This document shows positions 17,069 through 24,784 of a DNA stretch of 40,052 nt, piece after piece. The stretch is from assembly GCA_037143495.1 (NCBI GenBank), contig JBAWYO010000001.1, positions 1 to 40,052 on the forward strand. The letters are read 5' to 3'. Both the position numbers and the translations under genes were made by a program. The notes under the pieces are model-generated. The model did no database searches and was not told where the DNA came from. It saw only the letters and a program-made list of their open reading frames with translations. This stretch comes from Candidatus Omnitrophota bacterium. GTDB lineage: Bacteria; Omnitrophota; Gorgyraeia; JABMQH01. Within the stretch, counting starts at the first letter, position 1, and every line of letters begins with the position of its first letter.

Positions 17069-17295
17069 GGTGTTGTAGACGTCCTCTTCAGGTAAACCCT
17101 GCCACTACAAAAAAATAAAAATAGTTACAACAAATTCCCTCCTCAAATTTTTTAATGTAAAATAAGAGAAAATTCGAGGAGGTATTCTTATGCCCGCGCC
17201 GGGTGCGCCGCGAGAGAAGAAGTGCTGGACAAGGCGCTTAAAATAAGTTAACTTTAAATAAAGAGAGTGTACCCACAGAGGACGTCTGTGTATTT
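17069..17295 (+). repeat. full-length composite copy of repeat family 1: L-arm, spacer, hairpin (17138-17182), GC-rich filler, promoter-like box, R-arm
   Basis: L-arm GGTGTTGTAGACGTCCTCTTCAGGTAAACCCT and R-arm AGAGTGTACCCACAGAGGACGTCTGTGTAT are inverted complements (AGACGTCCTCT perfect). Confidence 0.85.
17226..17254 (+). promoter_or_regulatory. promoter-like box TGGACA-N17-TAACTT inside the composite repeat
   Basis: Same spacing and flanks as 3615-3643, 24692-24720, 31705-31733 and 36295-36323. About 65 nt upstream of the ATG at 17317. Confidence 0.45.
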
Positions 17296-17316
17296 GAAAA
17301 CACTGCGAGGTGACCG

Positions 17317-17883
17317 ATGAGCATGATTGCCCCTGCACCGATGAGATCGGTGGTGAGTGATGTGGACGGGTCGTTGCGGATCGTGATACCGTCAAAGAAG
17401 AACTGGTTCGCTATCATCTTCCTGGCGATCTGGCTCGTCGGATGGACTTTCGCCGAGTTTGCCGTGCCGTCGCAGATCATGCGCAGTCGGGCCAGCGGAC
17501 ATGCGCCGGATTACTTCATATTCGTATGGATGATCGCCTGGACCATCGGCGGTTTTTTTGCGCTTGGTACCTGGTTGTGGACACTGGCCGGCAAGGAGAT
17601 CGTCACGCTTGACGGCCAATACGTGCGGCACCGGCGAGATGTATTCGGGATAGGGAAGACCGATACGTATGATGCCGCGCAGATCAGGAGGCTACGCGTA
17701 TCGGCGCCGGTCACGGCCTGGGGCGGCCGCGATTCCGGCATGCAGTTCTGGGGGATGAGCGGCGGATGGCTCGCGTTCGATTACGGGGCGCAGACCCGCC
17801 ATGTCGGCGCTGGCATCGACGAATCTGAGGCGGGAGAGTTGCTCAAGGCGATAGGCCGGCGTTTTCCGCAGCTGTGCGCCTGA
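17317..17883 (+). CDS. hypothetical membrane protein
   Basis: 188 aa with GAGGTGA RBS. Two hydrophobic Trp-rich segments (WFAIIFLAIWLVGW, FIFVWMIAWTIGGFFALGTWLW). Confidence 0.6.
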   Translation: MSMIAPAPMRSVVSDVDGSLRIVIPSKKNWFAIIFLAIWLVGWTFAEFAVPSQIMRSRASGHAPDYFIFVWMIAWTIGGFFALGTWLWTLAGKEIVTLDGQYVRHRRDVFGIGKTDTYDAAQIRRLRVSAPVTAWGGRDSGMQFWGMSGGWLAFDYGAQTRHVGAGIDESEAGELLKAIGRRFPQLCA

Positions 17884-17974
17884 CGCTGGTTCAGAGATTC
17901 GGGCCCGCTTTCGAAGAACGTGGTATCGTGCGAGGATAAACGACCAGTAAAAGGATGTTTGTGCACATAGTAAC

Positions 17975-19387
17975 ATGATCCATCATTCACCACCTACCCA
18001 CAACGGCGACAACGCGCTCTTTGTCGGAAATATCGCGCAGGCGTTCGTGCGCCAGTGCGTATCATCCGGCGCGATCACGGTAGCCAAACCGGAGACCTCC
18101 TACGAGAAGGAACAGATCGCCTCCTTCAGGAAGAATATTGGCGCGGCCAGATGCGGCGGCGATGCTTTGATGTATGCCGTGATGTTTGACCGGATCATTA
18201 TCGATGAGATGGCCATTGAAGCGAACATGCTCTTTGCATCAAAGGTCGCCGGTACCGGAAGCGTTACGCGGTCGCAGGTCGAGCGGGCCGGGTTCGTCTG
18301 GAGCGATATGGCGGAGACGCTGGCCGATCACAAACTGGGAGATATTGTCGGGGAGGATGGCGATGAGATCGTTCTGGAGATGGACCTGGATAAGGAACAG
18401 GGGCTCCTGGAGCGGCTGTTCGGCAAAGGTATCGGAAAGCTTCTGCCCGTCTTCAGAGAAAGCATGCTGAACACCGATGACCTACGGCAACGCTCGTTGA
18501 TCTCGTCGATGCTTCCCGAGCTGAAGGAGTGGGTTTCTTTCGAGATGTCGACCATGTTCACTCCCCCCGCGCTCATGAGGAGCGACATACCGCTATTCAA
18601 AGGCGAGTGGGCGACCGACGAGGAGGTCGCTACGCTTATGTCGCTGATCGAGCCGCTTTTGGTGCGTCATCCCTCGACGTCGCCGATGAAGCATGAGGTG
18701 GTACGGGACTTGCTCGATCTTTTGGTGCGGCGGCCCGAGATACTCTCCGCCATAGAAGACGGCACCGGGGAGATCCCGGTCGGTTATCTTGAACCCCTTT
18801 TTTACAAATATGTAAATAGCGACGATAATATAAAGATCTTTCGGGCGGCCATCAGGACGCTACGGGTTATAAGCCGCAGTATTTTCGCCCAGCTCAGGCT
18901 GGCGGTGGTGCATGATGCGGTCATGCCGACGACCGCAATGGTCTTCCAGGGCGGCAGGGAGACGGGCGCCTTACAGGGCTCTCTGGGCAGGAACGATATG
19001 GTCGTCGGGGTGCGGCTCCTGCTGAAGGAAGTGGAATATTGGCCCAAGATCGAGACCATCAATGACGTGCTGCGGCTGCGGCAGAAGCCGCACATCGATG
19101 AATTCAGGGGGTTCGTGCGGCAGTGGGCGCGTGCCGTCGGGACCGGCGATAAGCGGGGTGAGGAACAGTTGAGGGCCGAGATACGGTCCGCATCGCGCTC
19201 CCTGAGAAAAGTCGAACAGTGCCAGAAGATCGGAGGCATTATCACCTATATCTCGCTTCCGCTCATGGTGCTCGACCACCTTTGTTCGCCCGCTTTTAGC
19301 GCCGGCCTTACCGTGGCGGGCTTCGGCCTCCAGGTGTATGCCGACAAGCTCCTGGGGAAACACCGGTGGATCACTGTCTGCACATGA
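17975..19387 (+). CDS. hypothetical protein with C-terminal hydrophobic segments
   Basis: 470-aa ORF with no family recognised. Start uncertain (no clear RBS). Confidence 0.5.
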   Translation: MIHHSPPTHNGDNALFVGNIAQAFVRQCVSSGAITVAKPETSYEKEQIASFRKNIGAARCGGDALMYAVMFDRIIIDEMAIEANMLFASKVAGTGSVTRSQVERAGFVWSDMAETLADHKLGDIVGEDGDEIVLEMDLDKEQGLLERLFGKGIGKLLPVFRESMLNTDDLRQRSLISSMLPELKEWVSFEMSTMFTPPALMRSDIPLFKGEWATDEEVATLMSLIEPLLVRHPSTSPMKHEVVRDLLDLLVRRPEILSAIEDGTGEIPVGYLEPLFYKYVNSDDNIKIFRAAIRTLRVISRSIFAQLRLAVVHDAVMPTTAMVFQGGRETGALQGSLGRNDMVVGVRLLLKEVEYWPKIETINDVLRLRQKPHIDEFRGFVRQWARAVGTGDKRGEEQLRAEIRSASRSLRKVEQCQKIGGIITYISLPLMVLDHLCSPAFSAGLTVAGFGLQVYADKLLGKHRWITVCT

Positions 19388-19410
19388 TCCGTATCGCCAT
19401 AGCCTGCGCT

Positions 19411-19483
19411 TCCTCGGGAACAAATTTTCTGATGTAAAACGAGAGAAAATGTGAGTGTTCGGGAATAGGATGTCTGCGCATAC
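19411..19483 (+). repeat. degenerate repeat family 1 copy (hairpin-loop remnant + R-arm)
   Basis: CAAATTTTCTGATGTAAAACGAGAGAAAAT matches the loop of the 17138-17182 hairpin. R-arm GTGAGTGTTCGGGAATAGGATGTCTGCGCATAC. Confidence 0.65.
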
Positions 19484-19527
19484 GTGCTTGTATTGAGAAC
19501 GTACGTAACAGGAGAAAAGGAGACCGG

Positions 19528-20385
19528 ATGGACAATTTAAAACGGCTGCAAAAATTATCGCTCGGGTTGATCATCGCGCTCGTCTGGTTCGCGCTCCTCT
19601 GTTTTGTCGTGGTCTTCATCGGCAATGTTTTTAAGTGGTCGTTTCTTTCCTCAATGTTCAGCGCGGCGTTTTTTTCGGCGTTCGGCATCGGATTGGGAGC
19701 GCTGCTCGCGCTGGCGATACTGCACGCGACGCTGACGCTCAACTCGATCTCGGCTTCCCTGGGGACGATCGCCGCCGGACGTGAAGCGGGAGGCTCCGCG
19801 CGCTCTGATGATATGAGCAAAAGGCAGTTCATGATCAGTATGGGCGCTTCGCTGGGAGCCATCGCGGTGATCGTGCTCTGTCTCTTCTATGGCGAGACGG
19901 TGGTCGACCGTCACAAGATCCAACTCTCCTTGAACAGCATCGAATCAATCGCGCGTTCACCGCTCGCCGCCAAACTGGTCGACGCGATCGAAAGAGACGC
20001 GACCGTCAAGGAGGTTGTGGAGATACGCGACGCCCTTTCGCGCAACATAGGGGAGACCGGCGGGCTCTCTTTGCTCGTCGCGGCAAAAAAGGTCGACAGC
20101 GCGGTCTATTACGAGGTGACGCCTTGGTGGCATCATTCGGAAGATATTAAGGACAAACCGGTATCGCAGGCCAGCCTATGCCTTTTCGTTCCCCTGGCGG
20201 AAGAGCGGAATAAGTTCAATAATCTCATCATGAACAAAAAACCGTTTTCGTCAAAGACGAGTTATTCGCTGCGGACATTCTATCCAGTGGTGACCGGCGG
20301 CAAGATCGAATGTATATTGATGTTCGACACGAGCAGACAGACAAGCGACGCGTATCTTTCACGGCGAGTCTCTTCCAAGGAGTAG
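19528..20385 (+). CDS. hypothetical membrane protein
   Basis: 285 aa with AAAGGAGA RBS. Three hydrophobic segments followed by a soluble domain. Confidence 0.6.
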   Translation: MDNLKRLQKLSLGLIIALVWFALLCFVVVFIGNVFKWSFLSSMFSAAFFSAFGIGLGALLALAILHATLTLNSISASLGTIAAGREAGGSARSDDMSKRQFMISMGASLGAIAVIVLCLFYGETVVDRHKIQLSLNSIESIARSPLAAKLVDAIERDATVKEVVEIRDALSRNIGETGGLSLLVAAKKVDSAVYYEVTPWWHHSEDIKDKPVSQASLCLFVPLAEERNKFNNLIMNKKPFSSKTSYSLRTFYPVVTGGKIECILMFDTSRQTSDAYLSRRVSSKE

Positions 20386-20388
20386 AAG

Positions 20389-20778
20389 ATGATATCGCGG
20401 ACATTGACCATCACCATCGACTCTCCCGCCGCGCGGGTCTACGATTTTATCCGGAACCCGGGTAATATGCCCCGGTGGGCTACGACGTTCTGTCGCTCGA
20501 TGAAGAGGGTGCGGGGCGCGTGGATCATCGGGACGACGCAGGGCCCCCTTAAGCTTCGGATCGCCCAAAAGAATCGTTATGGCATCCTGGACCACTATAT
20601 ATCCCAGGCGGGCGCCGCGGAGGTCTTTGTCCCCCTGCGAGTTGTGCCTAACGGCACGGGAAGCGAAGTGATATTCACGCTCTTTCAGCGCCCCGGCATG
20701 ACCGGCAAGGATTTTATAAAGGACGCCGGGCTCGTCAGGAAGGACCTGCGCAGCTTAAAGAGGGTTTTGGAGAGGTAA
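20389..20778 (+). CDS. SRPBCC family protein (polyketide cyclase/AHSA1-like fold)
   Basis: TITIDSPAARVYDFIRNPGNMPRWA start typical of SRPBCC. AAGGAG RBS. Starts 3 nt after the upstream stop. Confidence 0.65.
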   Translation: MISRTLTITIDSPAARVYDFIRNPGNMPRWATTFCRSMKRVRGAWIIGTTQGPLKLRIAQKNRYGILDHYISQAGAAEVFVPLRVVPNGTGSEVIFTLFQRPGMTGKDFIKDAGLVRKDLRSLKRVLER

Positions 20779-20848
20779 GGGACAGATTTCACCGGATCGA
20801 AACGACAAAATCAAAACCCCAAAATCCAACTGGATCAGAGGTGAACTC

Positions 20849-21064
20849 ATGAAGAGAGTGATAAGAGTTGCGGTGATAGCCCTCTGCTTCTTCGGGATCA
20901 TATACTTCGGACAGGCGCAAAAGGCCAATAAGATCTGCGAGCTGAAGCTCCACGCGCAATTGCAGGCCGGCCAACTATCCCGGGAAGCGTACGAGAAGCT
21001 GAGCCGGGAGAATTCTCTGCTAAAAACACTCCTTAACCCCGGCATAGTCTTAAAAACGGATTGA
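20849..21064 (+). CDS. small hypothetical protein with N-terminal hydrophobic segment
   Basis: 71 aa with GAGGTG RBS. Signal/anchor segment then a helical tail. Confidence 0.4.
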   Translation: MKRVIRVAVIALCFFGIIYFGQAQKANKICELKLHAQLQAGQLSREAYEKLSRENSLLKTLLNPGIVLKTD

Positions 21065-21077
21065 TCTACGGGTGGCT

Positions 21078-21599
21078 ATGATCAAATATTTTATCGCATC
21101 CCCTCTTTTTATCATCATGAGCGCTATGACGGTATCGGCGCTCATCGGCCTGGCGATAGCGCTCTACAAGAAACAGGATATCCTGCCGTCGATTGGGCTC
21201 GGGATGGTGCTGGGGCCGGTCGGTTGGCTGATCGTATGGTTTCACCGGGAAGGCGCGGCTGAAGAAGCGGCTCGCGAAAAGAAAGAGCTAATGCGGCAGA
21301 TGACGCGCCCCTACAGGTCCGCGGATGTAAAGCTGCTGGGGATGATCGTCTTCTCGGGGGTGCTGGCGTTTTTTATCGTGCAGCCGGTCTTTATCTATCT
21401 TGAGCGCCACCCCCGGTCGGCGCTAATCCCTCTCCTTAGGGGGCTCGGCTCGATCCTCTTTGCGCGACACAGGAGCGTGTCGCCAGAGAGCCAGCTGCAG
21501 GGGGCTGTTTTTTTTGTGCCGTTCTTCTCCTTGCTCGGCCTGAGCGTATGGATCTACAAGAGGTTTCTTAGGGGCCGGATCATCGATATAAACCGATAA
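21078..21599 (+). CDS. hypothetical membrane protein
   Basis: About 173 aa with four hydrophobic segments. ATG at 21078 preferred over the GTG at 21072. Confidence 0.5.
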   Translation: MIKYFIASPLFIIMSAMTVSALIGLAIALYKKQDILPSIGLGMVLGPVGWLIVWFHREGAAEEAAREKKELMRQMTRPYRSADVKLLGMIVFSGVLAFFIVQPVFIYLERHPRSALIPLLRGLGSILFARHRSVSPESQLQGAVFFVPFFSLLGLSVWIYKRFLRGRIIDINR

Positions 21600-21622
21600 G
21601 GCGAGGGGGCAGGTCCAGAGGC

Positions 21623-21706
21623 GTTGGGCCCGTTTCTCGCGGAGGCAGATCTCCAATACAACAAAAAACCTGCAGTAAGATGCGGTACTTTTGGAAACGG
21701 ACCCGG
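21623..21706 (+). repeat. hairpin repeat family 2, long copy
   Basis: GTTGGGCCCGTTTCTCGCGGAGGCAGATCTCCAATACAACAAAAAACCTGCAGTAAGATGCGGTACTTTTGGAAACGGACCCGG. Confidence 0.85.
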
Positions 21707-21732
21707 AATCCCCAGGAGCGGTCGAGGATTAC

Positions 21733-23031
21733 ATGAACAGACATAGATTTTTTTCAGTACTTTGTTCGTTCACTCTTTTGATGGGGCCCATGAGCGCATC
21801 ATCTGTCCGGGCAAACGAACCGCGGTCTTCGGCGGAGATGGTCAATACACAGACCGCCATTGACACAAATTTTGCGACAGCGTTAACGCTTTACAAATTG
21901 GATACCGGGACCTATCCCACGACGGGGCAGGGGTTGCGTGCGTTATTGGTCAAGCCCGAGAGCGATCCTATACCCATCGGCTGGAATGGCCCTTATTTGT
22001 CCGGGGTCTATCCCGACCCTTGGGGACATCCGTATGGTTACCGATTCCCCGCGAAGCTTAATACGGGCGCTCCGGCCATGTATGATCTATGGTCCTGTGG
22101 TCCCGATGGCGTGGTAAGCGCGGATGATATAACAAATGGCGAGTGGGTGCAACGACAGCTCAATTATAAGACGCAAACCAAGCTTGACGTAAATACCCAA
22201 GAAAAAATACAGACGTTATGTACCAATATCCCGAAAACATTTCCCTATTTTCACGTCTCGCAAGTAACGGTTACCGGCGATTGGACATTTGTGATGAGAG
22301 CCGAAGGGGCAGATGCCCCGTTCCCGCTGGAACTGACTGCGGGATTGGAAAAAAGTCAGGTCTTCGAAAAGGTTAATTTTAAAACATCAGTTTTCAACGA
22401 AACCGACCCCCGGCACGCATATGCTCTTATCATAACCGGAGAGATAACCGAGAAAGGGTTATCATTTGATGCTGATGCGGTCCTGGCGGTCATAGATTCC
22501 TCGCTTAAGGAAAGCGCTATTTTCAAAAATAGACAAAAGCGCCTTCAGGATGCGCGAACGCAGGAGGATCGGCGCCAGTATCGCAGCGCTATCCAGGGAT
22601 ATGAAGGATTTCTCCGCGTTCTTGATCCGGGATCAGAGGAATTTAAAGAAACGCAGACAAAGATCCGGCAACTCAAACAAAAAGAGCAGGAAGAGGCAGA
22701 GGCGCAGAAGTGGATCAAGGCTCCTCAGGGGGGTTCCGCGCTCGACAATGCGGGTATGGCGAAAGCGCTTCAAGCACAGATCAGCCTTGATATCCGCGAT
22801 ATGCCCCTCGTTGATACGCTGAAGTTCCTGAGCATAAAAGGACGCATTCCCATGGAGTCCCTGATGCCGGTAAACGGCAGCGTGACGATGTTGGTGAACA
22901 AAACGCCCATCAAGGATGTGCTCAGCGCGATCTTACATGATAATCATCTTGCTTTTCATATCGAGAAGAGCGTTGTTTATATCATGACCGAGAATATGTT
23001 CAAGGAGCGCTATGGAAAAGATTTTCAATAA
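21733..23031 (+). CDS. exported protein with type II secretion GspG-like pseudopilin globular domain and C-terminal secretin-N0/STN-like domain
   Basis: YPTTGQGLRALLVKP...WNGPYL...DPWGHPYGYRFP...YDLWSCGPDG is the T2SS-G signature (about nt 21844-22137). The N-terminus is a Sec-like signal rather than a prepilin G-FTLIE. The last ~75 aa (about nt 22780-23007) show an STN-like pattern. ATG at 21733 chosen because the TTG at 21691 lies in the repeat. Confidence 0.7.
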   Translation: MNRHRFFSVLCSFTLLMGPMSASSVRANEPRSSAEMVNTQTAIDTNFATALTLYKLDTGTYPTTGQGLRALLVKPESDPIPIGWNGPYLSGVYPDPWGHPYGYRFPAKLNTGAPAMYDLWSCGPDGVVSADDITNGEWVQRQLNYKTQTKLDVNTQEKIQTLCTNIPKTFPYFHVSQVTVTGDWTFVMRAEGADAPFPLELTAGLEKSQVFEKVNFKTSVFNETDPRHAYALIITGEITEKGLSFDADAVLAVIDSSLKESAIFKNRQKRLQDARTQEDRRQYRSAIQGYEGFLRVLDPGSEEFKETQTKIRQLKQKEQEEAEAQKWIKAPQGGSALDNAGMAKALQAQISLDIRDMPLVDTLKFLSIKGRIPMESLMPVNGSVTMLVNKTPIKDVLSAILHDNHLAFHIEKSVVYIMTENMFKERYGKDFQ

Positions 23032-23076
23032 TCCTAAGCCGGGTCTTTTGGCCGGTTAGGTCAAATCGATATAGGC

Positions 23077-23160
23077 GTTGGGCGCGTTTCCCAAGGGGGC
23101 AGGTCTCCAGTATAACAAAAAAACCCGAATTGAGACATGGTACTTTGGGAAACGGCCTCG
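23077..23160 (+). repeat. hairpin repeat family 2, long copy
   Basis: GTTGGGCGCGTTTCCCAAGGGGGCAGGTCTCCAGTATAACAAAAAAACCCGAATTGAGACATGGTACTTTGGGAAACGGCC. Confidence 0.85.
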
Positions 23161-23204
23161 GCAAAAACAGGGGGGCATATGAATTGGAGATCGGTTGCGG
23201 GTGT

Positions 23205-23531
23205 ATGCCAAAGACGCCGTGGATGAGGGGCGCTCTCATCGGGGCGGGCACGGTCACGGCGTTAGCCGTACTTTTTCTTATCTTGAATCTTTTTGGCGTT
23301 CCCTTCGGCCAGGTCCCTCCACTGGGGCTTTTGGTCGTCGCTCTGTCGTTAATTACAATGCCGGTATCTATCATCGGGAGGGTTCTGCACCTTCCCCTTG
23401 AGAACGGAGGCGCCGCGTTCATGATCGCTGACCTCAATGCGTTGGGATGCGCAGCTGTCGTACTGTTCTGGGCGCTCGTAGGAGCGCTCATCGCTCTGGT
23501 CGCGCGGAACAATAGTCCATCTTGGAAATAA
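23205..23531 (+). CDS. small hypothetical membrane protein
   Basis: About 108 aa with three hydrophobic segments. Start uncertain (no clear RBS). Confidence 0.45.
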   Translation: MPKTPWMRGALIGAGTVTALAVLFLILNLFGVPFGQVPPLGLLVVALSLITMPVSIIGRVLHLPLENGGAAFMIADLNALGCAAVVLFWALVGALIALVARNNSPSWK

Positions 23532-23588
23532 ATTAGTGTCTAGTGCGGCAATGGGCACAAAAATAGTACGAGAGGAAGCGCAAAAGAT

Positions 23589-24548
23589 ATGCTGGGTCTT
23601 AAGGAACTAAAAGAGACCATAAAGATCACCAAGACGACAGTTGAATGCCCCGTTAAGGGGTGCGCGCAGACGGTCGCCAGGCAGAGCAGGAAAGACCGTT
23701 TGAGTGACGCAAGGTTTCAATGCCCCAGAGACAAAATTAGTATCTCGCCGTCGACCTTTGCATATCAAAACGAATTCGATAATATGCTGTGGAAAGACGA
23801 TAGTGATAGAGAGCTGTTCGAGAGCATAAAAAAGGTCAAGCGGGAAAGCAGGATCGACCAGGATAACAGCGAGGACGCCGTCACCTGGAACGTATTCAGG
23901 TTCCTGGAAAAGAATAAATTGATCGGGGAGATCATCGGCGGCATGCTCGGCATCGATATGAGGGAGCCCGAAATAATATACTGGTCGTATAGCCAAAGCG
24001 GGAAAAATAGTTGGCCGGAATTGAACAGGGCGCGGGAGGAATTCGGAGAAGTTCTCAAGAGGAGTTCGGAGCCGGATATTATCATAGATTCAAGCGACGC
24101 CCTGCTATTCATCGAAGCAAAACTCACCGCACAAAATAAGACCGAGCCGCATGACAAGACAAATTCCAAGAAATATGAGATCGGCGGCGACCGGTGGTTC
24201 GATAGAGTGGTGCGGTCAGATTATAAGACCGTAGCGATCACTGATAAGAAATATGAGCTTTTGCGGTTTTGGTTACTTGGCACCTGGATGGCAAACCGGC
24301 TTGGAAAGGCCTTCTACCTTGTAAATCTTGTGCTGGATGACCGCGAAAAGAATATCGAGGAACTGTTCAGGCAGCATATACATGAAAATGATATGAACAA
24401 ATTCGTCCGGATCGCCTGGGAAGGGGTGTACCAGCAGATCTTGAGCGATCATTTATCCTGCCCGGACAAGAATGGTATGGTTAACTATTTTAGAAATAAA
24501 TGTATCGGATATAAAGCCGGAGTATTACAAAAGGCGTTTATGACGTAA
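23589..24548 (+). CDS. PD-(D/E)xK nuclease-like protein with N-terminal Cys-rich (zinc-ribbon-like) segment
   Basis: SEDAVTWNVF ... EPDIIIDSSDALLFIEAKL gives an E...D...ExK arrangement. ECPVKGC...FQCPRD lies near the N-terminus. More AT-rich than flanks by eye. Confidence 0.55.
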   Translation: MLGLKELKETIKITKTTVECPVKGCAQTVARQSRKDRLSDARFQCPRDKISISPSTFAYQNEFDNMLWKDDSDRELFESIKKVKRESRIDQDNSEDAVTWNVFRFLEKNKLIGEIIGGMLGIDMREPEIIYWSYSQSGKNSWPELNRAREEFGEVLKRSSEPDIIIDSSDALLFIEAKLTAQNKTEPHDKTNSKKYEIGGDRWFDRVVRSDYKTVAITDKKYELLRFWLLGTWMANRLGKAFYLVNLVLDDREKNIEELFRQHIHENDMNKFVRIAWEGVYQQILSDHLSCPDKNGMVNYFRNKCIGYKAGVLQKAFMT

Positions 24549-24559
24549 TGACCGCGCAT

Positions 24560-24760
24560 GATGTTGTGGGCCCCCTATTTACGTGCGTTCTTCCGATAAA
24601 ATAATTAAAACAAAACTCCCCCGTATCCGTCATGTATGATAATAGGCGGTATTTTATGCCTGCGACAGGTGTGCCGCTGGCAAGGAAGTGCTGGACAAGG
24701 GATTTAAAATAAGATAACTTTGAATATATAGAGTGTCCCGGAATGGGGCATCTGCGTATT
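24560..24760 (+). repeat. composite copy of repeat family 1 (degenerate L-arm, hairpin, promoter-like box TGGACA 24692-24697 / TAACTT 24715-24720, R-arm)
   Basis: ATAAAATAATTAAAACAAAACTCCCCC..GGCGGTATTTTATGCCTGCG..GAAGTGCTGGACAAGGGATTTAAAATAAGATAACTTTG..AGAGTGTCCCGGAATGGGGCATCTGCGTATT. Confidence 0.8.
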
Positions 24761-24784
24761 AACTCCCCTGGGAACCATGGAGAG

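Noticed and set aside
17190-17246. 18-codon micro-ORFs starting at the ATG after the SD-like hairpin arm: MPAPGAPREKKCWTRRLK at 17190-17246 and MPATGVPLARKCWTRDLK at 24656-24712
   Set aside because: They would span a terminator-like hairpin tail and the promoter-like box. The frame is not preserved in the 31671 copy and the ORF is truncated in the 2888, 8161 and 36271 copies. Conservation is better explained at the DNA level (the repeat and promoter box). Coding cannot be fully excluded without Ribo-seq.
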